Shown: positions 40,101 through 50,931 of the stretch, piece after piece
How positions within the stretch are numbered: the first letter of the stretch is position 1
Layout: each line of letters starts with the position of its first letter
Source: Owenia fusiformis
Lineage: Eukaryota
Assembly: GCA_903813345.2 (NCBI GenBank)
Contig: CAIIXF020000001.1
Location: 34,100,001 to 34,164,000, forward strand
DNA: 64,000 nt
Direction: 5' to 3'
The notes under the pieces: generated by a model
Database searches by the model: none
Told to the model about the DNA's origin: nothing
The model's input: only the letters and a program-made list of their open reading frames with translations
Program-made: the position numbers and the translations under genes

Positions 40101-40805
40101 GTAGGTAAGGTCAGATTTAATGTATATCATGAGCCCTCTACCCCCTTGATGATAAAGAGGAGAGTGATAGTCAGGAAGTAAATAGTTTTCAGAAATAATC
40201 TTGTCATTCAAATTGCCTACTTCACAGAGTACAGCTACCGATACCCCATGTTTTCTTAATCTATGTTTAAAACTTTCAAACCTGATACCTTCCCCACTGC
40301 TTATGCTGTTTATGTTTGAGAAAAGGAACTTGAGATCATGCTGCATGGTACATGTAGAGTGAGGACCAGGATGCGTTTCAATGTCGCCGGCCTGCAAGAT
40401 TAAATCACTTTGGTCAAAAATGTAGACTGAAGTTTGAAAAATCAAAACAGTGAGTGTGAAATTGTCAAAAATATTTGCATATTTTACATTGCCTATAAGC
40501 TTCATAAGCATTTGCATTGACATAAATAATGTAACAAACATGACTGTTAACAAGTATATTATGACCACAATAGCCATGAGCCTAGTAAATTCATTAAAAA
40601 GTTTATTGTAATTATTTGTCAAATCAATGCAGGAAATTATATCTAAGGTGAGTAGAATAAGGTATATAAGCATTAAGACTGTTACAAAACTTGGACTTGA
40701 CATTTGCCTCTTAGTAACATTGTTTTTGATTCTCAAACCTGGTATTTTGATTCTCGAGTTAAAAATTCCAATTCTGCTTCGCCACGACTGAATGTCGACT
40801 TGCAC
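37101..40805 (-). pseudogene. LINE ORF2: hydrophobic leader, 2A-like peptide, APE endonuclease, RT, C-terminal CCHC (several frameshifts)
   Basis: GDIETHPGP; NINSI, LCE, YRSPS, GDFN, IDLSIT, TDH (APE); QSGF, YLDVASAFDTV, GVPQGSI, YADDT (RT); CLCG...HFILTC. ORF pieces: 39081-40805, 38833-39075, 38368-38769, 38113-38361, 37101-38105. Confidence 0.9.
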
Positions 40806-41806
40806 CCATTAACCTATGCCTGACTTGACTGCACTTTTGGTTAACTGAAAGGTATATATGCTAGTAACAAATGGTAAAAAGCTAAGTAAACAGTATTTAG
40901 AAATGTAAAAGTAATCCCCATCCCCAACCCAACCTCTATGATTGATAATTTCCAAAAGTATGCACACATGTAGTGTGTGCATGACAATAAGGAATATGGG
41001 TGTTATGCAACAAAGGTTTTTTGATGCAAAGATATAGGAAGTACAACTCAGTTATGGAATCATAATTTCAGTAGCAAAGTACCAATTTCACGATAAAAAG
41101 TAGCCTGGTAGCCAGCAAAATGGACTACATGACACATGAAATACAGTGGGCAGCAATATTAAAACAAAAACAAAAACAGTAATACATGGCAACAATACAA
41201 AACTTGCTTGTGATTCATCATAATCATAGTGTATGGTTGCAAGCTACTGTACATTTATACATTACAGTATATAAACTCTAATAGAGTAATACATACTGGA
41301 GAAAAATAAATCATAAATAGTAAAATGTTAGTCAGGCTCGTTTATAAAATTCGAAAAACGAACTTCTCCAGTAATTCTATTTACAAAGGTGTTCGTTGAG
41401 AACATCATTATATACAGAAGGAAAAAGAACTCACCGTGTTTTTAGATTCAAAAGACAAAAACGTGAAATATAAATTTGATAAAAGCACACTTCCGGTTTC
41501 CGGAAGGTCAAATAGTCACGTGACAGAGAGATGTAAACAAAACAACTGGAGAAAATCGTCAAGTTAAGCACGAGCAGCAGCTAATTAAGGCATTCATTTG
41601 TCAGTGAGAAAAGTTATGTTCGGTTATTTTAGGAATCTATATTGATAGTTTATACATTGATGTAACTTTCTGCATGGAGACCAGCGTTTTCTATAACTTA
41701 ATCAACAAGGGTAACAGTGGTGAGTGAGGGAATGTTCACGAGAAAGTTATGGCAATCGCCCAAGCACACCTAGGTAATTAAGACCTGGCAATGACAGAGT
41801 CAATAG

Positions 41807-43390
41807 GTGGAATTACACCTACGATGTAAAAGCGCTTTTTAAAATCCTATCGGGTTTCGACCCGCCTTTAGAGTCAGGTGTAATCACGATCGCGGATTTA
41901 GAAAAGCGCTTTTGTAATCCTCCCAGACCCCTAGTCATTAAAAACCGCTTTCATACCCAAAGGCGGTTTAACGTGTAGGTGTAATACCGATTGGTTTTCA
42001 AGGCGCTTTAACGCGATTTTACACTGAACGAAAACTATATTTGCGCATGAGCATCAAGCATGTTATTGATTTCCGGTGTGGAGGAAACTTCAAAAAACAA
42101 AATTCAAATATTGTGCAAAACTCAATCAAATCACCAAAATGTCGAAACAAAGTAGAATGTATTGGGACCACGTCAATACTGAGCGTATGCTTTCGATTTG
42201 GGCTGACAAAAAGATCCAGGCCATGATGAACGGCACGTTAAAAAATGCGATTGCGTATGACCTGATCTCGCAGGAAATGAAAGTAAGCCTAAGCTTAAGT
42301 TAGGATAAATAATTTCTCAAAGATCCAACCCTCCAGTTACCCTATGGGCCTACTGTACAAAGATTATATAACCACAGATTTTGAGAAAAGCTACCCTATA
42401 TCCTGTACATAGTTCAGCAATGCTAAACTCCCCCAGACTTATTTAACGATTTTGAGATTATTTGATGTCTGGCTGTACATTATCTGATTATGGGTGAAAT
42501 AGGGATAGGGTCTCATATACATGTAGGGCAGGCCTGTCAACTGTCCCGCAATTTGCGTATTTGTCACGCATTTGCTGAAGAATTTGAAGTCACGCCAGTT
42601 ATTTTTGCGTGACAGAAAATGTCACGCAAATACGCATTTTACCTGGTAATTGTCAAGCAAAAATATTTCTGTAGAAGATTTTCTAAAAAAGATCGTCTAC
42701 ACAGCAAAAATACGAACGACGGGAAAAAAACGTACGCATTTAGTTCGGACTTTTCACGCGAATTACGGATATGTCACGCATCCCGTTCAAAATATTTCGT
42801 ACTTACCCCCAGGGCTTATATACGAGAAATTCCGGTACTATTGTAGATTGGAGAAGGCGAGGGGAGGGGATGATTGAATAGTTGAAATTACCTCTCTACA
42901 ATGAAGTCAAAAAAATGACGAGATCTTTGTCTTGTCCAAATCGTTCGTTCCTGTCCCATATTACCAAGGATGCCAAACAGCCCCAACAAAAGTACCATCT
43001 TCATTTTACTGGATCTCTCTTGGATCTCTCCTAACGATCGAGCTTCTCTCTTTGCGCGCTTGTGCATTGTTTTCCATGCTTTCTTTAGCACATATTTGTT
43101 AACGCCAGAGGTAGATTGAATACGATTTAAGAAAAAAAGGAACATACAGTATCGGATCATTTTGAATCTCCAGAGATGGCGCTACGGTTGAAAGTGTATA
43201 TCTAAATAGCAGATTTTGATGCAAATGCGATGGTTGATGGCAAATTTTTGTCTTAAATCAGTCTAAAAGCGCTTTAGAAAAATCAAGTGTAATCACGAAA
43301 AGTTGTCTTCAAGGCGCTTTTAAAATTCTAGCCTACGTTACCCAAAACGCCCTGAAAACGCCTTTAGCCATGAAATAGGTGTAATTCCCC
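41807..43390. mobile_element. Internally deleted PIF/Harbinger transposon inserted at the end of LINE ORF1
   Basis: TIR G(T/G)GGAATTACACCTA with flanks TAG/TAA. A Myb/SANT-like exon start MSKQSRMYWDHVNTERMLSIWADKKIQAMMNGTLKNAIAYDLISQEMK (42139-42282, +) ends at a GTAAG donor. A convergent nuclease N-terminus RTIWTRQRSRHFFDFIV lies at 42888-43070 (-). Confidence 0.75.
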
Positions 43391-44334
43391 TAAATGTTAT
43401 CGTAGATTGAGAATACTTTGATTGTACCAGATTTGAGTTTACCATACACTTTCATGTTATTGTACCATGCTTGATCAATATCGTTGTGCTGCTTGACTTC
43501 TTTCAGTAGTACTCTGTTTCTCGGACTAAGATCATGGTAAATTCTCACATTGGTGCCTTTTAGGTGGCGCTTGTTTGACATTACTTTGTCCTTAACAAGT
43601 CGGTCAAAGAATTTGGCTATGATTTGTCGTGGCTTCCCATCTCTTCCAGGCAAACGGTGGGCAATTTCAATGTGGTCAGGTTCAATCATAGCTCCTGCTG
43701 GCAGGTGATCATTTAGGGTTTTACAGAGAGTGTCAATACACTTTTCAACAGACGCATTTTTGTCATCAGCGATCCCAACGGCACGTAATGTGGATTTCCT
43801 GCTGTATTGAGCATTATGATTTACCTCAAGGGCTAGCTGATCTTGCTTAGCAGTCATATCAGTATGGGATTTCTCCAATATCATGATTCTGGACTTCAGA
43901 GTGTCATTTTCTTCACGAAGTTGTTTTAGATCAGTAGATAGCTTTATCGTGGATTTTTCAATTTCATGCTTCACCATATCACGCATTTGAGACATTATCT
44001 GGGTGTTATTTTCATTAAGTAATGTTCTCATAACGGTAGTAAGAGAGAGGATAGTTACCGGTTGCTCAGAATCCATTTCATGTGGATCGTCTGTGGTGCA
44101 TGTACCTGAGGATGCTTCATCAAGAGCTTTCTCAAAAACGTCATCGTACGGTACTGGCGAAGTTTCACTGTCCTTACTTGGGAACCCCGCTTCTCGTCTA
44201 TTTCGCTTCACGGGTATAGTTATCGAGGATGGCTTATCAAAGTCCTGTGCAAGTTGTCCACCATCTTGGTTTTTATCAGCACGAATTTTGACGAAGTCAG
44301 TAATCGCCGGTTGGTTGTCCTGTAGTTTGGACAT
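43390..44334 (-). CDS. LINE ORF1 (coiled coil + RRM + CTD; L1 ORF1/Transposase_22-like)
   Basis: ATG at 44334 (MSKLQDNQP). Coiled coil LKQLREENDTLKSRIMILE, then NAQYSRKSTLRAVGI, IEIAHRLPG, RQIIAKF, IYHDLS, AW. The stop coincides with the Harbinger insertion edge. Confidence 0.85.
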   Translation of the reverse strand: MSKLQDNQPAITDFVKIRADKNQDGGQLAQDFDKPSSITIPVKRNRREAGFPSKDSETSPVPYDDVFEKALDEASSGTCTTDDPHEMDSEQPVTILSLTTVMRTLLNENNTQIMSQMRDMVKHEIEKSTIKLSTDLKQLREENDTLKSRIMILEKSHTDMTAKQDQLALEVNHNAQYSRKSTLRAVGIADDKNASVEKCIDTLCKTLNDHLPAGAMIEPDHIEIAHRLPGRDGKPRQIIAKFFDRLVKDKVMSNKRHLKGTNVRIYHDLSPRNRVLLKEVKQHNDIDQAWYNNMKVYGKLKSGTIKVFSIYDNI

Positions 44335-44404
44335 GGTCTCAACTAATCTGCTTAAACAAAAAGTAATTACTCCTAGTCTTTTACAACGTATATTTGTTCT
44401 TGGC

Positions 44405-44465
44405 GCCCGGTGCTGAAGCTGCTCTTGCCTTTTTGACAATAGCTCGTACCTCGTCAAGCTTGAAA
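44405..44465 (-). mobile_element. 61-bp middle fragment of the Hero element trapped between two insertions
   Basis: Encodes FKLDEVRAIVKKARAASAPG, in frame with both flanking Hero pieces once the insertions are removed. Confidence 0.85.
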
Positions 44466-45228
44466 CACTGTGACTAGTCGATCTATGTGGATGCAGTCAG
44501 GCACATGTAATGTTTCGTGAGTACCCGCCTCTGTACTTTTCAATGGAAGAATTTTGCACTTCTGTTTAAATAATCTATATTTACTCATCCGTGTATATCA
44601 TACTTCATTGAAATAGAAAACCAAAGCTACACTATAAACACACATTCTCTGATATTTTTACGAAGAATAGATAACTCAAACGAGTTCACTCAACCAGTTT
44701 TATCATCTCGCTCATAGCTGTGAGAAGGTATGTATAATTTGCCATAGGTTTACCTTGTAATGGGGAATAAAAAATTCAAGTAATATAATTATTTCACAAA
44801 CACAAATATGTCTGTGTGAAGTAAAATACAAATACAATGCGTCCTATAATATTTTTGGGGTTATGTTATGAAATATCCGCTTTAAAAAAGCAATTTAATT
44901 ATGATGTATCATGTGGATTAGTAGACGTTCTGATTGGATTCATTGAACAGACTGGCTAGGTTTCGATTGAATCATTTTGAATGTGTGTATTTTTAATATT
45001 TTAATCCACGGTGTCCAAAAACAATAATAACGCTATATTGGTAATTGGAAATATTTCCACTTACCACGATTTCAAAAAATTGTAAATAAATAATATTATT
45101 CTTGAATTATGGTCATTTGTTTTAAGGAATCTGGAGGCTCGTTCAGCTGAGCTGACAAAATCAATGGATGGTCCAACTGTTGGCTGCTCATTGTCACTTT
45201 CAAGGAATGTTAATGGCTCTGAAACTTG

Positions 45229-45800
45229 TAGCCTTGCCCAAGTCGGTATTTATTTACTCATCTGATCTTGAATTATTACCACCTAGTACAATCCAATGCA
45301 TCATCGCTGATATTATGCTAAGTTATTCAGCGGTTCCGAGATTCCCATAATACCTTATAGGCTACCTAAGGGTATCGCAAAACCATATTGATTGACAATA
45401 TGGACATGGACACAACGTGTGACTTCAGGCTGATTGACCAATCAAAACGTTATCAGGTTGACCTGCATAAAAAGCAAACTACCCGTCTAGGACTTGAAAT
45501 TCAATGATTTGATCGAGTGTTTCTTGAGAGTTACAATATATTATGTTATTAAATGTACATTGGAATGTAAGCAGTCATTAATACTCGTCCAAATGAAATC
45601 ATGCAATTCAATGTTGAAATCAAAACTGAATTCGTGATGGAAATGCACGAAGACCTAGTCCGACAATGTAGGGCCGTCGTTGATTTGTCAAATTTTACCG
45701 ACAAAAACATTGGGTCGGTAAAGCACGTGGCTTTCTCTTGGGTCAAGGCGGTTATAATAGAAATCAAGATAAGTAAAAGAGACTGACTTGGGCAAGGCTA
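45229..45800. mobile_element. MITE with TAG termini and 9-bp TSD (AcademH-like)
   Basis: TIR TAGCCTTGCCCAAGTC ... GACTTGGGCAAGGCTA. TSD TGAAACTTG (45220-45228, 45801-45809). Confidence 0.8.
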
Positions 45801-45949
45801 TGAAACTTGATTTGTGGGTATTCCAGTGGGTCGATGGGTCTTTTGCTCTGAATTCACTTCATTGGCGTACCTAATTTCAACATTTTCATTGTCATCATTA
45901 CATGTTATGGACCCGTTTTTCAAATTAACAGTAATAGCGATAAAACCAT

Positions 45950-46995
45950 GGTTTTTGAGCCTATGGGATCGACCAGGTGTCCGTCCATTGGTCCGTCCAT
46001 CCGTTGCTCCGTCCGTCTGTCAACATTGGCTGCACAAATTAGAACTGCTATTCGGATTGAGTCATTTTCACATTCATTTTATCCATAATGAATATTTGAC
46101 ATATAATCGCCATTTCCCAAGTTCGGCCGGTTTCCGAGAAATTGCTGATTTTTAAATTTCTAGAAAAATCGATCTGATGATAGCCTTATAGAAAGTCAAG
46201 AGAAGTGAAGAAAAGATTGAAAAAATACCAGTCCAGTCCATTTCCAGGTCCAAGTCCAGGTCTAGGTCAAAGTCAAGGTCCAGTTCAGGACCAAGTCAAG
46301 ATCTAGGTCTAATCAGGTTTAATCTAGGTCAAAGGTCAAGAACTAGGTCAAAACCAGTATTTTGTCATTTTTTCAATTTTCTCAGTCGTCCTTTAATATT
46401 TTTGCTCCGTTTTTTTAATCATGTTCCTTTGAAAAAAGCTAATCCCTACAGGCAAGTTGTTTTTGATCACTCTTACCGGTTTTGAGATATGGCATCCGAA
46501 AAGTAGGTCACAATAAAAAAAAGTTCTTGGAATTCAATGTATGAGCTATGAAATATGTGAAGAATTGTCCAAGGAATCCGAATCTGCAAACAAGATTTTG
46601 ATCCGACTTACGGTCGGAAGCTATGGCATTTTGAAATCTCAAAAATCGCTATTTTGGTATCCCATGTTAAGTCAATGGGGCTTGAGAAAATTATCAATTG
46701 TAACAACACAACACTAGATACAGCTTGGATGCAGCCAACTTAATAAGAATCTACAATAGAAGCCGTCCTCAAAATCTACTTTCCTTCAAAATTTGGACAC
46801 TAAAAGGCCTATGTCAAAATCTAGGTCAAATTCATAGTTTTTCCTTTGACTACTACAAATCATATCTGAACCAACAACAAAGGACTCATCTTTTATTGAT
46901 CTCATATTTACCAATACTTTTGTTTGAAAATCAGGATATACATTCCTCTGAAGGTTCTAAACTGTGAGAGCACAGGACCGTGGGTCCTTTATTTC
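45950..46995 (+). mobile_element. Helentron/HINE-like element nested in the Transib-like element
   Basis: Starts TTTTGAGC with a (GTCC)n-like tract at 45978-46020 and an internal (CCAGGT/CTAGGT)n tract at 46229-46350. Ends with the hairpin AGGACCGTGGGTCCT followed by T-rich sequence. 46560-46615 matches 13942-14000 inverted. Confidence 0.55.
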
Positions 46996-47521
46996 ATCTG
47001 TAATGGCATTTTCTAGTTGATGGGTTTATATATAGTATTTTTCATGAGTGTGTCTTTAGACTACTTGTAGTGGGGTGGCTAATTACTTTCCTGAATGAGG
47101 AATGTTTATCCAAACAATGGATACAAAGAAAATCTGGCCAGTTGTCCATCAGTAAATAAATCATCATGATAAAAGTATAATTTATTAAAGCATCCATTTG
47201 TTACCGTTCTGAATCCAAATGATACATAGGTACATCCATTTTATACATATATGTTGACGTTTACGAAATGTTTTTCAAATATCTTCCCTATAACAGGAAT
47301 ATGGTAGCTGAAACTTTCACACATTGTATGTATATACATTGTATGTATATTGAATATGTATGCAAGATTTCAAGTCACAATGTTAAGTAGAATCTCTGAG
47401 ATCACTTACCTTGATTTGCTGTCATATTTTTGCAATGATCCCATTCCCTATAATGTACGCGAGTACCCACGAAACATTACATATAAATGACTGCATCCAC
47501 ATAGATCGACTAGCCACAGTG

Positions 47522-48380
47522 TGAAATCTGACTGGTCAAATGGTGAAGTTGGTATATCTGGTGGGATGTCAATCGGAAACTCGCCTAATGGCAGCTCTCT
47601 ATCTGGGTCACTGTGTGCTGCTGCAATACTTGCTTCCACTTCCTCCTGTGTGCTGGAAAGACGGCCACTCTTTGGTTTCCCTAGTAAATCTGATGTGAAC
47701 TTGTATGGGTTTTCAAAGAAGGCCTTCCTTGTTCTATGCTTCTCTCGTTGTCTTTTCCTGAGAGACTCTACTTTGCAAAGATGAAGAAGTCTCTTGTGAA
47801 GAATCTGCTGGAGTTCTCTAATTCCATCTCTTTCGCTGGCCAGTGATGAAACTTTCCATCGACGCTGAAGGCTACGCCGCTCTTTTCGAAGGGAAGCTAT
47901 CTCCGGCTGTCTTCTACTTGGCCCTGCATGGTGCTATCTTTCTGATGTTTCACTGACTCCAAACTTCTCTTCACAAGTTTCGTAAATGATTCTGGTCATA
48001 GTCTCTACCTTTCCCTTTGAGTTTCCTCGTAATGTGTTTGTGAGGATAGTGTCAAGCTCCTCGTCGAGTTCTATCCATCGCTTGTCAGTTGCTGCAAGTA
48101 ACTTTAGTCTGGGCTTCCCCCCTTGAACGAGGTGTTCAATTGGGCTAGGTAGACTCTGAATGAGAGGATTAGCTTCAACTAGAAGGTCTGGAGCACTGTG
48201 GTGTGTCTCCTGGCTACAAACCTTCACCGAATTATTAGCAGGATCTACAGCCTTGGCTCGCGCTTCAGCTGAAGACCTGCTTGAAGTTGTTTTAGCTTTT
48301 CCTACCTTCATGTATATCCTAGAATAACTATCCTAACTGGATTGTCAGGTTCTGAGAATGCTGCTGCCATCTTTGAATAA
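47522..48380 (-). mobile_element. R2/Hero-type element, 5' part (region upstream of RT; contains a stop)
   Basis: SQETHHS, RWIELDEELDTIL, IIYETCEEKFG, RKAFFENPYKFTSDLLG, HSDPDRELPLG, PFDQSDF: the pre-RT region of Hero ORFs. Confidence 0.8.
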
Positions 48381-50065
48381 ACTCTAAATTATCAATGATA
48401 TAATTATAATTTATTGTGATAACGAACACCTCTCAATCTGAATGGCTTTAACTGGTCGCGGTGGCATTTGGATAAGACAGGTTTTACTGTAGTAATAGTA
48501 ATACTGGAATTTAAAAAAAATCTGAAGGCCTAGTCAATCTAAATTTAGGAAATAGTGTCAGCTATTTGAAATGAAGTCTCTATAATTATTTTTTTGATTT
48601 ATACAATAACAAGAATCTAGCTACTCAACTTTAGTTCAAATTCCAATGCTCTGGCCTTGGCTAATCAAAACAGTTCATTTCATCAACGCTCTCTATATCA
48701 TAATTATTTCACATGCAAATACTGTACTGCCACTAATATTTGATGCTGTTATCTTTTACATTTTTGCAATTTTGCGGATATCAATTTTCGCTAATTATAA
48801 TTTTTTTATAATTTTGTATCTATCTATTTCACCATTATTTTATTTTTCAAAAAATTTTCCAGCTTATTTGATTAAATGTTTTTAAAACCAAGAAATGTGA
48901 AGTAAACAGTGCCTTCTTACCTTTAATTATTGCTATACCGTGTACTTAAAGCCTTTATATGACACCTATCAGCTATCAGCCGCTTCAAAATCATAGGTGA
49001 AACTAAACTATTGAAATCAAGTGCTCACTTTAATTTTTTTTATTTTCTGTTTGGGAAAATCTGTTAGTTATCAGCTGCATTTTGTCAGTCAAGATTTCTC
49101 TTCATCAAATATCAAGGAATGTTTAGTCAAATATCAAGTTGTTCAGGAATTGAACTCAATTCAAAGAATGATTAGTTCCATAGTATAAACATATACAACT
49201 TTGATCAATATTGGTATCAGCCATTATGTTACATTAAAAAAACACAGAATGTAAAAGACTTTCATGTAAGCAGGGAATTGCTTGAAAGAATACTAAAGGT
49301 TTCGCAACAGAATTTAGACAGTCATATGTTGAATTGCAGTAATTTTCTGAAAATGTAAAGTGTGTATGTTAGGCCAGTGTATTATCTAAAGGAAAAAGTA
49401 CTCATAGAGATGATAAAAAAAATTGAGATTGAGACAGGGAAGGTGCAAAGACCCCATCAACATTTTTTTCAAAAATGTTCTCCTTTAGATAATTCATTGG
49501 CCTACAATATGCACCTTTTTATATTAATGAAGTCATTTATGGAATTTATTTTGTATCAAAATTGGACATTACATGATGTATGGGAAAAATCGAACTATAT
49601 GATGCGATACTCGAACCATATGATTCGAAACTCGCATCATACTATCACACACCTTGTGCAAAGTTGGAGACAGAAAAATATGTCGCCACTTTTCGTGGTA
49701 ACATAAAAATTCCCTAAAAAGCTGATACAGCATTCAAACAATACTGCAACATAGAAATCATGGGTTATAAGCAGTAGCATTTTTCTTACTATACATGTAT
49801 AGTGCGGTGATTCTGACCACTGTAAAAATAAGAAAAAGTGCGACACAAGTATGATAACAAGCAATAGTCTCAAAGCATTATGCAAGTTCATATCTATATA
49901 TAAAGACAGTCGAAGGAAGAACATTGGAATTTCCTCCAACAAATGATTTAACTCTTAAATAATTCCTTAATGAAAAAGCTCATGCTATTATATGATCCAA
50001 AGGAGTAGAGTGTGGTCATATGCAAGTCCTCAACATAAATTGCAAGAATCAAATTAGCTTAAAAG

Positions 50066-50800
50066 CTACAATCCCATGCCACTCAGTTCAAATCTGCGAA
50101 TTTCACCATTGTTTATCTTGCCTAGGATCTTACCATTTGAAGACCAAGCGTTTTCTACTTCAGAGTCCTTTTTCACATAGTCCAATAGCTGTCTATTCAA
50201 TGGGCTAAGATCTTCAAAAATAAGTAAGCTTGTTCCTTTGAGTAGTTTTTTGTTAAATAGGATTTTATCTTTGATCCCTCTAGATTTAAGTCTTACAATT
50301 ATATGTCTTGGCTTTCCTCCAGTTTTCGGTCTTCCTACACGATGGACTACTTCGATATCATCTGTTTTTAATTCAGGCATCACCTTATGATCAACTATTG
50401 CCTGCGTAACAATCTGGGCACATTCCTCTCCATCGCTCTCCTTAAGACCAAGCACACGAATGGTGTACTCCTTGAGTACTGGTTGTTGTGGTTAGTAGTA
50501 TAGCGCATGTCTTGCATCTCGACTTGAAGTGTAGCAACGTCATTTCTTAAAAGTAGATTTTCCTGTTGCAGTGTGTTTATCTTTGTATTAAGGGGTTATA
50601 TGGCTGTAGAGATGGCTTTATCTACATGAGCTTGGTGAGCCACAAACATATTATCGAAATGTTGTTGCATATTCATAAGATCCCTGATCGTAGGTGGGCT
50701 GTCCAATTCAGGATGCTTTGTCGCATTTGCTGGTATTGTTGGTTGTTCCTGCATTGGAGTAGGTGATTGTGTTGGTGGTTGCGCCAGCTGAGGGTGGTGT
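50066..50800 (-). pseudogene. Second LINE ORF1 (Transposase_22-like), frameshifted, with no recognisable ORF2 downstream
   Basis: IEVVHRVGR...RHIIVRLKSR...LIFEDLSPLNRQLL...AWSSNGKI. Upstream NNQYSR lies in another frame. Homologous to 43390-44334. Confidence 0.75.
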
Positions 50801-50931
50801 GTGGAACTGTTTACAGTTTGTGCTTCAACAGAAAATCGTAATATGACTTATAAAGCTTATATTTACCTCAGAGGACTGGACTTTACTCACTTATTCCAAA
50901 ATCATTTCTTCAAATATCGCCTTTACCCATG

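Larger units (their letters stand above)
36909..44404 (-). mobile_element. Full-length CR1/L2-group LINE inserted into the Hero element
   Basis: Short 5' UTR, ORF1, ORF2 (APE endonuclease and RT), AATAAA and short A tail at ~36909-36930. 11-bp TSD GCCCGGTG(T/C)TG at 36898-36908 and 44405-44415. Confidence 0.9.
44466..47521. mobile_element. Non-autonomous Transib-like DNA transposon with CACTGTG termini and 5-bp TSD
   Basis: ~60-bp TIRs CACTGTG(A/G)CTAGTCGATCTATGTGGATGCAGTCA...ATGTAATGTTTCGTG. TSD TGAAA (44461-44465, 47522-47526). No transposase ORF. Confidence 0.85.

Noticed and set aside
44335..44457. N-terminal 41 aa of the 355-aa ORF in the track
   Set aside because: It runs through Hero DNA and the LINE 5' UTR; the first ATG inside the LINE is at 44334.
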